Positions 8,534 through 17,743 of a stretch of 42,267 nucleotides of DNA are shown piece by piece. Under the pieces are notes generated by a model. It saw only the letters and a list, made by a program, of their open reading frames with translations, ran no database searches and had not been told where the DNA came from. The DNA comes from a virus (taxonomy: Duplodnaviria > Caudoviricetes): IMG/VR virus record IMGVR_UViG_3300017565_000010, positions 1 through 42,267 of that record. The stretch is one strand, 5' to 3'. The position numbers and the translations under genes are program-made. Within the stretch, counting starts at the first letter, position 1; each line of letters starts with the position of its first letter.

Positions 8534-8737
8534 TCAGCGCTTCAACTGCCGGTCTAGTTCTTCGGCCGCGTCCTTCGGATCGCGGTCTACTTGCAACTGG
8601 ACGCCGTCGTCCCACAGCCGGTACAAGCCGTGCTCGCACGCGACGATGATGTAATCGCCTTTGTACGAGGCAACCCCGACGATCTTGCCTGTCTTGTGGC
8701 TCGGCAACAGATGGCCGATGTCTTCGATGCAAATCAT
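8534..8737 (-). CDS. Hypothetical protein
   Basis: GGAG RBS, protein-like composition. Confidence 0.6.
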   Translation of the reverse strand: MICIEDIGHLLPSHKTGKIVGVASYKGDYIIVACEHGLYRLWDDGVQLQVDRDPKDAAEELDRQLKR

Positions 8738-8860
8738 GTTGGCTCCGTTGTGGTTCTCACAGTAGACCCGCTAGTGCCCGGCGCAGTGACTCGATGCGCC
8801 CCCAATACCGGCGGTGGTACCAATAGCGTTCGTTGAACTTCATACGCGCTCATCCCTGTT

Positions 8861-9121
8861 TCAGAGCCCCGGATAACAGACCGGGCATAAATAAAATGGA
8901 AAATCGGGTTTGCACTTCGGCTCGTGTTTCGCTGGTCGGTTCTGCTCGGCTCTCTCAGCGAATCGCTCGTACATCGTGACTTTGCGCTCGTCCGCGGGGA
9001 ACTCTCGGAGCAGCCGCGCCAACTCACTAAGAGCGGATGTGTTGTCGCCGAACCATTGCCGGATAGCCGGGTCTGGCACCCAAACACCATTGACGCGTAG
9101 CTCGATTAGGAAGATGGGCAT
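8861..9121 (-). CDS. Hypothetical protein, C-terminal CPVC
   Basis: Tiled within leftward operon. Confidence 0.55.
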   Translation of the reverse strand: MPIFLIELRVNGVWVPDPAIRQWFGDNTSALSELARLLREFPADERKVTMYERFAERAEQNRPAKHEPKCKPDFPFYLCPVCYPGL

Positions 9122-9125
9122 GCTT

Positions 9126-9497
9126 CTAAGTCCGGTTCAGAGATGCTCGGATCGAACAGGCGCAGTAGAGCTGCGGCCTGAAGCATTCAGGGCATAGTGG
9201 GATGCCAGACCATTCCTTCATAGCCTTCTCGATCTGCTCAGGCGTCCACCGATGGCTCTCTCTCAGTTCGGCCGGCGGCACTGTTGGTGGTCGCGGCGGC
9301 AAGCCCTTGCCGTGGCCCTGCGGGCACGCCGGGTCAATCGACACTACCTTGATCTCGGTCGAGCAGGTGCATTGCGCTGACGGTTCGTCCTGTAGCAGGT
9401 GCTTGATGTCGTCATAACGAACCCATTCGCCATCTGGCGCTTCATGGGGCTCGTAGTAGCTGGCCTCGTAGCGCTTCACCGGATTTGTCATCCGCAT
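9126..9497 (-). CDS. Hypothetical protein (DGEWVRYDD motif, Cys clusters)
   Basis: Coupled to neighbours. Confidence 0.6.
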   Translation of the reverse strand: MRMTNPVKRYEASYYEPHEAPDGEWVRYDDIKHLLQDEPSAQCTCSTEIKVVSIDPACPQGHGKGLPPRPPTVPPAELRESHRWTPEQIEKAMKEWSGIPLCPECFRPQLYCACSIRASLNRT

Positions 9498-9733
9498 AGC
9501 CTCGCAATCTTTCCACGTTGGGTTCGGCTCATCCGCAGTAGTAGCCGCGCCAGCTCGGCGCCCTCGGTATCACCGCGTTCTTCAGCCGCCTGAATGCAGA
9601 AGCGCACGTTGTCGTCCTGTGTATTGCCGTCATCGAGCACGATGTGCAGCGAGCCCCATGCGCCGTTCCCGGGCTTCTGGTAGTACGCCCGGAAGCGTTC
9701 GATGACATCAGGGATTTTCGGTTTGTCAGTCAC
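9488..9733 (-). CDS. Hypothetical phage protein (GSLHIVLDDGN motif)
   Basis: GTG start 9733; protein-like; coupled. Confidence 0.65.
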   Translation of the reverse strand: MTDKPKIPDVIERFRAYYQKPGNGAWGSLHIVLDDGNTQDDNVRFCIQAAEERGDTEGAELARLLLRMSRTQRGKIARLCG

Positions 9734-9741
9734 AGGTTGAG

Positions 9742-9930
9742 TTAAAAGAACGTCGTGAACAGTTGAGCGAGTGCGCCGGCCACCGCTTCTTCTGGCACCT
9801 CGGTTCCCTCGCCGCTTGGTGCCTCGATGAAGTAGGCGCCATTCGGCCATCTCTCAAGCCGCCAGCGCTGAGCATCGACGTTCTTGCTATGGACACGAAG
9901 ATTGAAAATCGTTTCGGGTGACGTGCTCAT
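9742..9930 (-). CDS. Hypothetical protein
   Basis: ATGA coupling. Confidence 0.55.
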   Translation of the reverse strand: MSTSPETIFNLRVHSKNVDAQRWRLERWPNGAYFIEAPSGEGTEVPEEAVAGALAQLFTTFF

Positions 9931-10118
9931 GGTTGATCGGTGCCTCGCGAAATCTGGAGCGCCTTGTCGCGGATGTCCAGATGCACATGGGGCAACACGT
10001 AATTGAAGGCTCGCTCAAGCTGCTCAAGCCGGTCCGCCGCCTCCCACTTCAGGAACGCATCGTCATCTGACCTGCCGTCGTCGCGGTCCTTGCGGAGTAG
10101 GGCAATCAGGTCGGTCAC
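9927..10118 (-). CDS. Hypothetical protein (DLIALLR...EAADRLE motif)
   Basis: GTGA coupling; motif common in phage early genes. Confidence 0.6.
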   Translation of the reverse strand: MTDLIALLRKDRDDGRSDDDAFLKWEAADRLEQLERAFNYVLPHVHLDIRDKALQISRGTDQP

Positions 10119-10303
10119 TTGGGCAATTCCTGTTCGACCGCGTTTAACTTGCGAGCCAGCCATTCGCAATACTGCTTGAGCTGATCAGGCCCTGCAAAGT
10201 CGCCCGTGACACGCAACACGACATCGTGTTCGAAGTCGCCGCTTTCCACACCGGATGCCACGTCAGCACGGTCGTAATTGATCTTCCAAGGGCCTCTATC
10301 CAT
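10115..10303 (-). CDS. Hypothetical protein
   Basis: GGAGG RBS before ATG 10303. Confidence 0.55.
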   Translation of the reverse strand: MDRGPWKINYDRADVASGVESGDFEHDVVLRVTGDFAGPDQLKQYCEWLARKLNAVEQELPK

Positions 10304-10571
10304 TTTCGCCTCCGGACTGTGGTGGAGCACGTCGGTTGAGCCAGCATGCGTCGCCGTCCTGAAGGAAGGTTCCGCCGCAGCCCGTAGGCAGATCGCTGTC
10401 GCAGTTCGGGCAGACAACGATCGATCGCTCGTCGATTGCTACTTGCCCGGCCGCTGCCAACAGTCGAGAGGCAGTCTTCGCCAGCTCAAGTTTGCTGAGC
10501 GCTGGCGTGTTCAACAGGGCGATGTCAGCCAATTCTGCCGCGACATGCGCGAGACGCTGCGACGTCCTCAC
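10296..10571 (-). CDS. Hypothetical protein with CPNC..C..C cluster
   Basis: Coupled ORF. Confidence 0.55.
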   Translation of the reverse strand: MRTSQRLAHVAAELADIALLNTPALSKLELAKTASRLLAAAGQVAIDERSIVVCPNCDSDLPTGCGGTFLQDGDACWLNRRAPPQSGGENG

Positions 10572-10816
10572 GAACCATGCTCCGCAGGCGTGGGGACAGC
10601 GCGTATCTGAATCTCGATATCGAAGCCACCTGAGTGCATCTCCAACTGCACCCCGCCGTTCGACATTGGTACAGGTTTCCAGTCACCTTGGAGCGAGTCG
10701 AGCATGATGATCGCGCGCTTTATCGCGCGCGGATCGATCTTTGCAGCTCCGTAGCTGTCCCAGTTCGGCTCAAGGAAGCACATCTGCCGTAGGGCGGCTA
10801 AGGTCTCGCGCCTCAT
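10568..10816 (-). CDS. Hypothetical phage protein (NWDSYGA motif)
   Basis: LEPNWDSYGAAKID...GGVQLE pattern; ATGA coupling. Confidence 0.65.
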   Translation of the reverse strand: MRRETLAALRQMCFLEPNWDSYGAAKIDPRAIKRAIIMLDSLQGDWKPVPMSNGGVQLEMHSGGFDIEIQIRAVPTPAEHGS

Positions 10817-11217
10817 GCATCACCTGTCACGGTTTGAGCACGTAACAGCTCGACGCCCATGGGGTGGCAGTTGAGCACTTGGCCGGCCCACCGCCCCGTA
10901 TCGAAAAGGACGTCAAAGTTCGCGCTGCTGTTGTGCCCCACGATCACGCCTTCGCCTTCGTCGCCAACCTTGACCCGCTGGCCACAGCGCACGTCAGGCA
11001 TGCCCCGATACTTCGCGTTGTCGATGAACCGCTCGCTGCTGTGAGGGCCGCCGACCTTGCGGACGTTCAGGTCCATCAGCTTCACCTCGGGCCAGCAGTC
11101 GCTGACGTCGAGGTAGTACTGATAGCGGGCCTTGCTCCGCGTGGCCGCGTTGATGATCGTGGCCTTCGATTCGTCGCTGCGCTTGTGCCAGCATGCGAAC
11201 GCGTAGACCTCAACCAC
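10813..11217 (-). CDS. Hypothetical protein, SH3/KOW-like C-terminus
   Basis: GGAGG RBS before GTG 11217; GQRVKV..GVIVGHN..FDVLFD. Confidence 0.65.
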   Translation of the reverse strand: MVEVYAFACWHKRSDESKATIINAATRSKARYQYYLDVSDCWPEVKLMDLNVRKVGGPHSSERFIDNAKYRGMPDVRCGQRVKVGDEGEGVIVGHNSSANFDVLFDTGRWAGQVLNCHPMGVELLRAQTVTGDA

Positions 11218-11686
11218 CGGAGTCACCTCCTGCGCTGACGGGTGATTTCTCGCATACCCAACGGATACTCGGCCAAGGAACATCACAAAGCGCCTGAATG
11301 AAGCAGCGCATGGCAGGCGTATTGCCGCTGAGGTTCGAACCCTGATACTCGAGCAGATGGCCATCGATCATGCTCTGCACGATCTTGCTGTCGAGTTCGG
11401 TCCAGTTCTCGGAGCCGCCCTTGTACGGGACAGGTGACGTCCAGTAGTGAATGGCAATCGTGATTTCTAGGGGTGTCATCGAGGCTCCGCAGGTCCATTG
11501 TTGGGGTGACTCCCAAAGGAAGTGCGCGAAGATCACGAGCATGCCCAGCCGCTCATGCCACAGGTCGCGCGCCTCCTGATCGTCTTTAGATACGCGCCCA
11601 TACTCGCTCTGCATGAAGGCCAGAGCTACGGCGTGAAGCTCTTCCAGGGACCAAGATCTTGTGACTGGCGGGCTCATATCACGCAC
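11210..11686 (-). CDS. Hypothetical protein
   Basis: Fills operon; may be two fused modules (internal MTPLE start). Confidence 0.5.
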   Translation of the reverse strand: MRDMSPPVTRSWSLEELHAVALAFMQSEYGRVSKDDQEARDLWHERLGMLVIFAHFLWESPQQWTCGASMTPLEITIAIHYWTSPVPYKGGSENWTELDSKIVQSMIDGHLLEYQGSNLSGNTPAMRCFIQALCDVPWPSIRWVCEKSPVSAGGDSGG

Positions 11687-11910
11687 TATCTGCGCGTCAG
11701 TCGTGGCTTGCGGCTAGTCGCAATCAGCGCAACGACAAAGATCGTCGCGATAATCACAAGCCACAACGCGAGGCCGCCCCAGAGAGGCGATAGCACCCAC
11801 CACCACGACCAGGTGATGACGCCGGTCAGCTTCAGCGCAATGAATAGGATGGCGAGCAGCCAGAAAAAGCCGATGCCGCTGCTCGATGAACTGGAAGACT
11901 TCTCGCTCAT
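11686..11910 (-). CDS. Small two-TM membrane protein (LKLTGVITWSWWWVLSPLW family)
   Basis: Characteristic Trp-rich motif of a common phage membrane protein. Confidence 0.75.
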   Translation of the reverse strand: MSEKSSSSSSSGIGFFWLLAILFIALKLTGVITWSWWWVLSPLWGGLALWLVIIATIFVVALIATSRKPRLTRR

Positions 11911-12110
11911 GTGTTCTCCGTTTCGGAACAAGTGGATGTAGGACGTGAGCTTTCGACGTGGATGGCGAGGATGACGCGAATCACGTCCTGCACGGACATC
12001 TCGGCCACGAGCGCCACCTTCTGCAGTCGCGCCATGGTGTCGTTGGGGATTCTCAGCTCAAGCTCGCCCGAATATTTCTCTGGAGCCGCCTTCTTCTTTC
12101 GCTTAGCCAT
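11907..12110 (-). CDS. Ribbon-helix-helix DNA-binding protein
   Basis: LELRIP..TMARLQKVA...SVQDVIR pattern (Arc-like). Confidence 0.6.
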   Translation of the reverse strand: MAKRKKKAAPEKYSGELELRIPNDTMARLQKVALVAEMSVQDVIRVILAIHVESSRPTSTCSETENT

Positions 12111-12122
12111 TGCCGTTCTCGC

Positions 12123-12314
12123 TCACAACAGGTCGAGTTCAATCGGCCGCGACGCGCGAGCCCAGACGATTGCGCCATCCGGGTCCGAATCGAACCAGCA
12201 GCCGCACTGCATACACTCCAGCCCTTCGACGTTATCGATGCACAGGTCTTCGCTGCTGCACTTTGGGCACTCAGAGGGCAGCTTGTCGGCGCCAATCGGT
12301 ACGGTGGATTTCAT
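12123..12314 (-). CDS. Zn-ribbon protein
   Basis: CPKC...CMQC. Confidence 0.6.
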   Translation of the reverse strand: MKSTVPIGADKLPSECPKCSSEDLCIDNVEGLECMQCGCWFDSDPDGAIVWARASRPIELDLL

Positions 12315-12673
12315 GGCTTCGTTGTCCTTGTGACCGGAAACGTCTCGCCGCAATCGCGGCAGTACTGGTCTGTGGGCTGGCGATCTGGATGACTGTGCGT
12401 GCACTGGCCTGGCGCATCGACGGCAGTGCCAGACTTGCCGTAGTGGAGCGCGGCCAGCATCGCGCAGCGGCCCTGTAACAGCTCCAACTGCGACCGCAGG
12501 CGCTCGATGGTGGCCGCGTTGGTGGTGTTGATCGCCTTGTCCTTCTGGAGCTGCTCAAGCTCCTGAGCGGCTGCCAGCAGGTGAGAGCGCATCGGCTCGG
12601 CCTGTCCGGCGACGTGGTTCGCCCAGTAGCGCAACTGGCCCGCATGATCGGTGCTGAGCGTTTCAGTCGCCAT
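12311..12673 (-). CDS. Coiled-coil protein with C-terminal Zn knuckle
   Basis: CTH...CRDCG; coupled. Confidence 0.55.
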   Translation of the reverse strand: MATETLSTDHAGQLRYWANHVAGQAEPMRSHLLAAAQELEQLQKDKAINTTNAATIERLRSQLELLQGRCAMLAALHYGKSGTAVDAPGQCTHSHPDRQPTDQYCRDCGETFPVTRTTKP

Positions 12674-12869
12674 CGCGAGTCCTCGATTCGCCCAACTGCG
12701 CGAGGGCATGCGCGGCAGTCTCGCTGCCGACCTTCTTACTCATGGCAGCGATGTCCTGCAGGAACCACACTGCACGCTGGTACTTGTTCTGCAGCCGCGC
12801 GAGCTCTGTCCTGAGCTGGCATTCGCCAGCCATTTCCTCATGCGGATGGCTGCGATTACATTCGGTCAT
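12663..12869 (-). CDS. Hypothetical protein
   Basis: Tiled ORF. Confidence 0.5.
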   Translation of the reverse strand: MTECNRSHPHEEMAGECQLRTELARLQNKYQRAVWFLQDIAAMSKKVGSETAAHALAQLGESRTRDGD

Positions 12870-12879
12870 GTGCGGTGAC

Positions 12880-13254
12880 CTAGTAGCCCTTGCCGCCGAA
12901 CATCTTCTGGATGACACCCGAGCGCGAATACTCGTTGTCCATGGACTTCATCCAGTCCTCGGCCTGCTTCTTAAGCCCGTAGTCCACGACTTCTTTGATG
13001 GTCGCGACGATTGAGGCAATCAGGTTTTCCCGCTCCGCATCGAGGTACTTTTTCACCTCGGGACCAACCTCCGCCTGGAAAAACTCGTCGAGCTGCTTCT
13101 GAGCAGCGCTCATTGCCGTCCACTTCAGCGATTCCGCCATCTTGTCCATGGCGCTGACCACGGCGGATTTCACGAGCGTCTGACGGTTCTCGATCAGATG
13201 CTCGCGAATTGCATCCTCGAAAGTCTGTTTGGTTTCAGCGTCGGTCACGTTCAT
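12880..13254 (-). CDS. Hypothetical helical protein
   Basis: GGAG RBS, ATGA coupling. Confidence 0.7.
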   Translation of the reverse strand: MNVTDAETKQTFEDAIREHLIENRQTLVKSAVVSAMDKMAESLKWTAMSAAQKQLDEFFQAEVGPEVKKYLDAERENLIASIVATIKEVVDYGLKKQAEDWMKSMDNEYSRSGVIQKMFGGKGY

Positions 13255-13595
13255 TCTCCGATTGTTGTAGTGAGTCGCTCTGCTTCGGACAGGGAGTCTG
13301 CAACCAGCAGAATCCCGCGCTCCAGAAGATAAATCTGCGTGCGCACCATCCCTTCCAGCAGCAGGGCTCGCCGCTCGCTGTAGGAAATTTCGAGCGTCGG
13401 CGTGCGGCCGTCCACGATGTCGTGGCAGTGGCTACAGGCAAATGCGGCGAACAGGTCGGGGATCTTCATCGACATGCCGGAGTAGCCAACCATCCGCACG
13501 TGAGCCAGCACCGTGGTTTCCGGCTCGTGGTTGCACCAGCCAGGGCAACGAACCATGCAAGGCTTGCCTTTCGCGTAAACGCGCAGGTCAATCAC
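13251..13595 (-). CDS. DUF1364/YbcO-like Zn-binding nuclease-family protein
   Basis: AKGKPCMVRCPGWCNHEPETTVLAH...AFACSHCHDIVDGR. Confidence 0.85.
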   Translation of the reverse strand: MIDLRVYAKGKPCMVRCPGWCNHEPETTVLAHVRMVGYSGMSMKIPDLFAAFACSHCHDIVDGRTPTLEISYSERRALLLEGMVRTQIYLLERGILLVADSLSEAERLTTTIGE

Positions 13596-13990
13596 GCTGT
13601 CATCCTCGATTCGCCGAGGTACTCTTCGCCATACCGCTCGCGAATTGCCGTCTCGAGCGATGGCCAGATGTCGGCCCACTCATCAGCCGTTAGCTGATCG
13701 AACGCGATGCGCTTGGCCCACACGCATTCTCGGCCATCGATGATTACGGTCTCGCGGTGTCCCGCGTAGATGCGCAGCTTGTGATCGATGACATCCTTGG
13801 ATTCTGGCGGGTCTTGGTTCTGACCGATCTGGTCGCAGATTCCAAAGTACATCCGGTTCCAGGCGACGCTGCGGGGCCGGATGATCTTCACCTGCGCGCA
13901 CTCACCATCCTTCATTCGGACGTGTATGCGGGCGCACTCCTCATCAGCCGGCAGAAAGCCGCGACCCTTCTTAGCGATCCAGCCACTCAT
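13592..13990 (-). CDS. DUF1367/NinB-like recombination-associated protein
   Basis: PRSVAWNRMYF...KRIAFDQL; between annealase and DUF1364. Confidence 0.65.
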   Translation of the reverse strand: MSGWIAKKGRGFLPADEECARIHVRMKDGECAQVKIIRPRSVAWNRMYFGICDQIGQNQDPPESKDVIDHKLRIYAGHRETVIIDGRECVWAKRIAFDQLTADEWADIWPSLETAIRERYGEEYLGESRMTA

Positions 13991-14175
13991 CGCCACGCCC
14001 TCCGCGCGAGCTGGGGATAGACGGGGGCAGGGAGGGTGGTCTCATACCCCAGCTCGCGCATCAGCGCCCGGCGCAGGCCATTGAGTCGTCGGTCCCACCG
14101 ACGCCCGCGCCAGATTGAACGCTTCTCATCCTTCCGGACTAAGCCGGTCGGGCTGTAGTCGCGGGACGGTCTCAT
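13987..14175 (-). CDS. Basic hypothetical protein
   Basis: ATGA coupling to recT. Confidence 0.4.
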   Translation of the reverse strand: MRPSRDYSPTGLVRKDEKRSIWRGRRWDRRLNGLRRALMRELGYETTLPAPVYPQLARRAWR

Positions 14176-15059
14176 TCGACAGGCGCCTCCGCCTTCATCC
14201 ACTTCTTCATCGTCGCCTTGTTGATGATCCCGTCCGCGGCGAGTTTGTCGTCGACGGTGATCCAAAGCTCCTGATCCGCCTGCAGATGCTTCTCGACGTA
14301 TTGGCGGTACTTCCAGGCGCACACCTTCTGGTCGCTACCGTACTCGGCGACGATGTCGGCGATCGCTGTGACGTGCTTATCGCGCTCCTCCCAATCGACA
14401 TTGCTCGTGTCACCGCGAGGATCGGCTCGCAACTGCTGCGTTATGACTGTGGGCTCCGTTTGCTGAAACTGACCTTCCATCTCCTCGGCGGTGTGCTCGC
14501 CGCCGAGTTCGTCCGGAAAAGCTTCGCGGAGAGCGGCAGCTTCGGTGCACTTCGTCAGCATCTGGAGGGGCGCCTTGGTCCAGCGCTCGTTCACGACGCG
14601 CTCGCCCCTCTTGTCGTCCCACTTGGTGGCGACCACCTCGGAGAAGCGCACAACAACCGGATACTCGGCGCGCTGGCCAGCCTTCGGGTTCCAGCGGTAC
14701 ACAGTTAACTCGCAGAACTCGGGCGCCTCTACGCCGAGATAGTCGATCGCTGGCCCATATACCGGCCGGGAGTGGCCCAGGTACTCCCCAGTTCGGTTCG
14801 CCGTCGTCCGGTACTCGTAGATCCCGGGCATGACGACGTCTCGCCACTGTCCTCCGACCTTCATCGGTACGATGTGGCAAGGCTTCTTCATCGGGTCCAG
14901 TCTTCGGGCGATGCAGTAGTCCCACACCATCAAGACGGACTCGGACTTGGCGCCTGGGAACAGGTTGTTCGCAAGCGTGCGCCACTGGGCCTCGCCGATG
15001 TTTCGGCGGGCGACTGGAGCCGGCAATTGCGGCTCGTTGGATTGGACTACAGCGTTCAA
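14172..15059 (-). CDS. bet: RecT/Bet single-strand annealing protein
   Basis: YCIARRLDPMKKPCHIVP, GIYEYRTTANRTG, W.KAP.QML.KC.EA.ALR.AFP motifs. Confidence 0.9.
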   Translation of the reverse strand: MNAVVQSNEPQLPAPVARRNIGEAQWRTLANNLFPGAKSESVLMVWDYCIARRLDPMKKPCHIVPMKVGGQWRDVVMPGIYEYRTTANRTGEYLGHSRPVYGPAIDYLGVEAPEFCELTVYRWNPKAGQRAEYPVVVRFSEVVATKWDDKRGERVVNERWTKAPLQMLTKCTEAAALREAFPDELGGEHTAEEMEGQFQQTEPTVITQQLRADPRGDTSNVDWEERDKHVTAIADIVAEYGSDQKVCAWKYRQYVEKHLQADQELWITVDDKLAADGIINKATMKKWMKAEAPVE

Positions 15060-15204
15060 GGGGCAGCCTCCGGGCCGTTACGCCGACACGCCGTGGCCGG
15101 CGGCGGCAGGTTGATGTGACGGTTCGACCGCTTCGGGCGGATGGACCACAGGAAGCAGGCGAGCGAGAAGACGATCCCCGTGAGGATCAGTGCGGGAGCC
15201 CAGC

Positions 15205-15786
15205 TCATGGGTTCAACTCCACGGGCAGGTCGCTGTGTGGGTCGTCGGGAGACGCAGATGTTTTCTCAGCGTCTAATTGGCGCATGTGGGGCACGCATCG
15301 GCGATATCCCCATGTGGCATCGTTCGGGCATCCGTCGACTGCGCACGGCCGCGTGTCGCTAGTAACGGGAGGTACTTCGGCTTTCACTTGTGGCGGTGCC
15401 GGCTTCGGCATCCAGTGCGTTACGGTGTCCCTCAGCAAAGAGGGCGAGGGGATGTAGCGGGGGTCGTGTGCGTTGTTTCCGCACGCGCACATCCAGCCCC
15501 GCTTGTCGCCATCAAAAATGAATGGCAGCCCCTCGGTAACGCGGCCGTCACTGGTGTGCACGAGAACCCATCGGGTCGCGGCGAATCCCTGCACGAAATC
15601 GAAGGTCTCTATCGGCTGCCAGTCACCAGACGTCTCGGAAGCGAGTCGATCCCGAAGTGCTTCAAAGAACTCGGCCTTCACCCATCGCTGCTCGTCGGTG
15701 TATGAGCCGTCATAGAACAGGCGGCCGGTGTAGACCCGAACGTGGTTCGCGAGGTCATTCTTTGAGGGAATGTTCTGGTCGCTCAC
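15205..15786 (-). CDS. DUF551-like multidomain protein
   Basis: WQPIET...VTHWMPKP motif. Confidence 0.7.
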   Translation of the reverse strand: MSDQNIPSKNDLANHVRVYTGRLFYDGSYTDEQRWVKAEFFEALRDRLASETSGDWQPIETFDFVQGFAATRWVLVHTSDGRVTEGLPFIFDGDKRGWMCACGNNAHDPRYIPSPSLLRDTVTHWMPKPAPPQVKAEVPPVTSDTRPCAVDGCPNDATWGYRRCVPHMRQLDAEKTSASPDDPHSDLPVELNP

Positions 15787-15974
15787 AGCTTTCCCTCCTT
15801 CGCCTTGCGCAGGAGCTTCGATCCGGCCGGCTTGTGCTTGCCGCGATATTTCTCTCGGCTGAAGGTGCTCGGCCGGTAGTCTCTCTGCGGATTCGGCATG
15901 ACCTCGGCGCCGAGCGCTGGCATAGAGGACGCCACGAGCGCCGCTATTGTCGCCACCCGTCGAAAATCGATCAT
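15783..15974 (-). CDS. Hypothetical protein
   Basis: GGAG RBS; coupled. Confidence 0.55.
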   Translation of the reverse strand: MIDFRRVATIAALVASSMPALGAEVMPNPQRDYRPSTFSREKYRGKHKPAGSKLLRKAKEGKL

Positions 15975-16002
15975 GGCGTATTCTCCAGTGCGGACTTGTT
16001 AC

Positions 16003-16185
16003 TCATGACCAAACCCTTCCGCATGACTTGCAGGTGTAGTACGTCGTCGGCAGGAACAAAGGCCCAGGACTACCTAGACCGTCAGCCCAGGTGACTTCGC
16101 CGCGATACTCCTGTCGGGTCTCCGATTCGATTTCCTTGGAACCACACTTCGGGCAGCACTCATCAGCTGGAACGTTGTCGCTCAT
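16003..16185 (-). CDS. Zn-ribbon protein
   Basis: CPKC...CKSC. Confidence 0.6.
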   Translation of the reverse strand: MSDNVPADECCPKCGSKEIESETRQEYRGEVTWADGLGSPGPLFLPTTYYTCKSCGRVWS

Positions 16186-16469
16186 CGCAAGTCCTTCGCG
16201 GCGAACTGGATATCCGTCTCAAACGGAATATCTCCGCCCATGTGACACATGTGGCCTAACTGCTCCATCAGGCTCCAGAGCTGGAATTCGCTATAGCCTT
16301 CTGCATCGACGCGGAACGTGAACGGGCCGATTCTGGGATACAGCTTGTTCAGTTCGTCATGCTGACGTTGCAACTCAGCGCGCCCAACTGGCGTCAACTT
16401 CACGCGCACGGTGTTGTTGATGTTGAAAGCGACGCGCCCTTCAGTGGAACGGTGAATAGGCTCGTTCAT
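16182..16469 (-). CDS. Hypothetical phage protein (FNINxxVRVKLTxxG...FQLWxLM)
   Basis: Recognisable recurring phage motif; ATGA coupling. Confidence 0.7.
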   Translation of the reverse strand: MNEPIHRSTEGRVAFNINNTVRVKLTPVGRAELQRQHDELNKLYPRIGPFTFRVDAEGYSEFQLWSLMEQLGHMCHMGGDIPFETDIQFAAKDLR

Positions 16470-16687
16470 TTCGACAGTTCCTGTAGCTTGTCGATAATCG
16501 GCTCCAGCAGATCGTTGCCGCGTTCTGGGTCGCAATGGTTGCCGAGCACGTGCGAGACGTTCCCGAGCGCGATGAATAACTCGTAGAAAATCTGTCGCAC
16601 GTCTTCGTGACGCACCCAGTCGCCTGCATCGTCATCTCGGTCCATGCCGTTGGCGCCTGGGTAGTAGCGAGCGATGGACTCAGTCAT
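16466..16687 (-). CDS. Hypothetical protein (GDWVRHED motif)
   Basis: Coupled ORF. Confidence 0.6.
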   Translation of the reverse strand: MTESIARYYPGANGMDRDDDAGDWVRHEDVRQIFYELFIALGNVSHVLGNHCDPERGNDLLEPIIDKLQELSK

Positions 16688-16916
16688 CGGAGCCGCCTCG
16701 GCACTTGTGGTAAGTGACCATTGCAGCCGCGAAGGCGAGCAGCCCAAGAACGATCACGCACAGTGTGGCCGTGATGATGATCTGCGCCATTTGAGGCAGA
16801 CGTGACAACAGCCATATCACGCCGACCATCGACAGGATAGTTATCAGCGGATAGCCGATTCCGCCCAGCACAGCCCCAAGGATGCAGAGAGCGTTGCTCC
16901 GCTTCTCGTCAGACAT
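16680..16916 (-). CDS. Two-TM membrane protein
   Basis: Two long hydrophobic segments; GGAGG RBS. Confidence 0.65.
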   Translation of the reverse strand: MSDEKRSNALCILGAVLGGIGYPLITILSMVGVIWLLSRLPQMAQIIITATLCVIVLGLLAFAAAMVTYHKCRGGSDD

Positions 16917-16921
16917 AGAAG

Positions 16922-17176
16922 TCAGCCTCCCGCCAGTTCCATCAAGGCCGAGTCGATCTCGGCAATACGGTCTTCCAGCTCGCGCCGCTGGCGCATCAGG
17001 TCGATCTTCAAATCCTCCCGACGGGCCGCCGCTCGATCGTCCTCGAGAAGCTGTGCCGCCTGAGCAGCGTTTGCGCGGGCAAACGGCGTGTTCAGGTAGA
17101 TGACGTTATCGGGTACGTGCTCGTACTCGATCAGCCAGTCGCGTATTGCGGTTCGGATGCTCACAAAGCCTCCCAA
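16922..17176 (-). CDS. Coiled-coil hypothetical protein
   Basis: Tiled ORF; start uncertain (GTG 17164 possible). Confidence 0.55.
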   Translation of the reverse strand: MGGFVSIRTAIRDWLIEYEHVPDNVIYLNTPFARANAAQAAQLLEDDRAAARREDLKIDLMRQRRELEDRIAEIDSALMELAGG

Positions 17177-17507
17177 TTCGTAGAGCCGTCAGAGACGACT
17201 TCACGCGTTTGGTCCTCATGCCTCATCTGCGCGCGAAGGTCGGCGTAACGCTCGTCCTTCGGCGCGCGCCAAAAACTCAGGCTCGCATCGATGATGTCGA
17301 GGTCGATTTGCCGCGAGCGGGCAATTGAGCACCAGTGCATCACCTCGGCGTGGCTGCGGCCGGTCCAGTAGGTCACCTGCCTCCAGGCGGCACTGATACG
17401 CTCGACGCATTCGCCACGATCCCGCACGAGCTGCGCGACTAGCTCCTCGTCGGTGGGTGGCCGCACAACCTTCGGAACGACGGTCGTCGGGATCACGACT
17501 GACTCAC
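17161..17507 (-). CDS. Hypothetical protein (start uncertain)
   Basis: 3' part of track ORF 17161-17682 is protein-like; 5' boundary approximate. Confidence 0.45.
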
Positions 17508-17533
17508 CTCGTAGGTCTTGAGCGTGTCCACGA

Positions 17534-17743
17534 TCAGACTCCGAGTAGCCGGCGGATTTCGGCATCGCCAGGATGCTGTCTGAACGCGCGCACATAGCCG
17601 GCGCCGCCGAGCAGACGGGACTCAGCCTTCGCGCGGTTGATCGTCTTGAAGTCGATGCGGCGGATCTTCGCGACAGGATCATCGCCAGTCGGTGGGTCAG
17701 CCGAAAAGTGCGAGTGATTGACGCGAACAGATTTGATGCTCAT
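17534..17743 (-). CDS. Hypothetical protein
   Basis: ATGA coupling, GGAG RBS. Confidence 0.55.
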   Translation of the reverse strand: MSIKSVRVNHSHFSADPPTGDDPVAKIRRIDFKTINRAKAESRLLGGAGYVRAFRQHPGDAEIRRLLGV

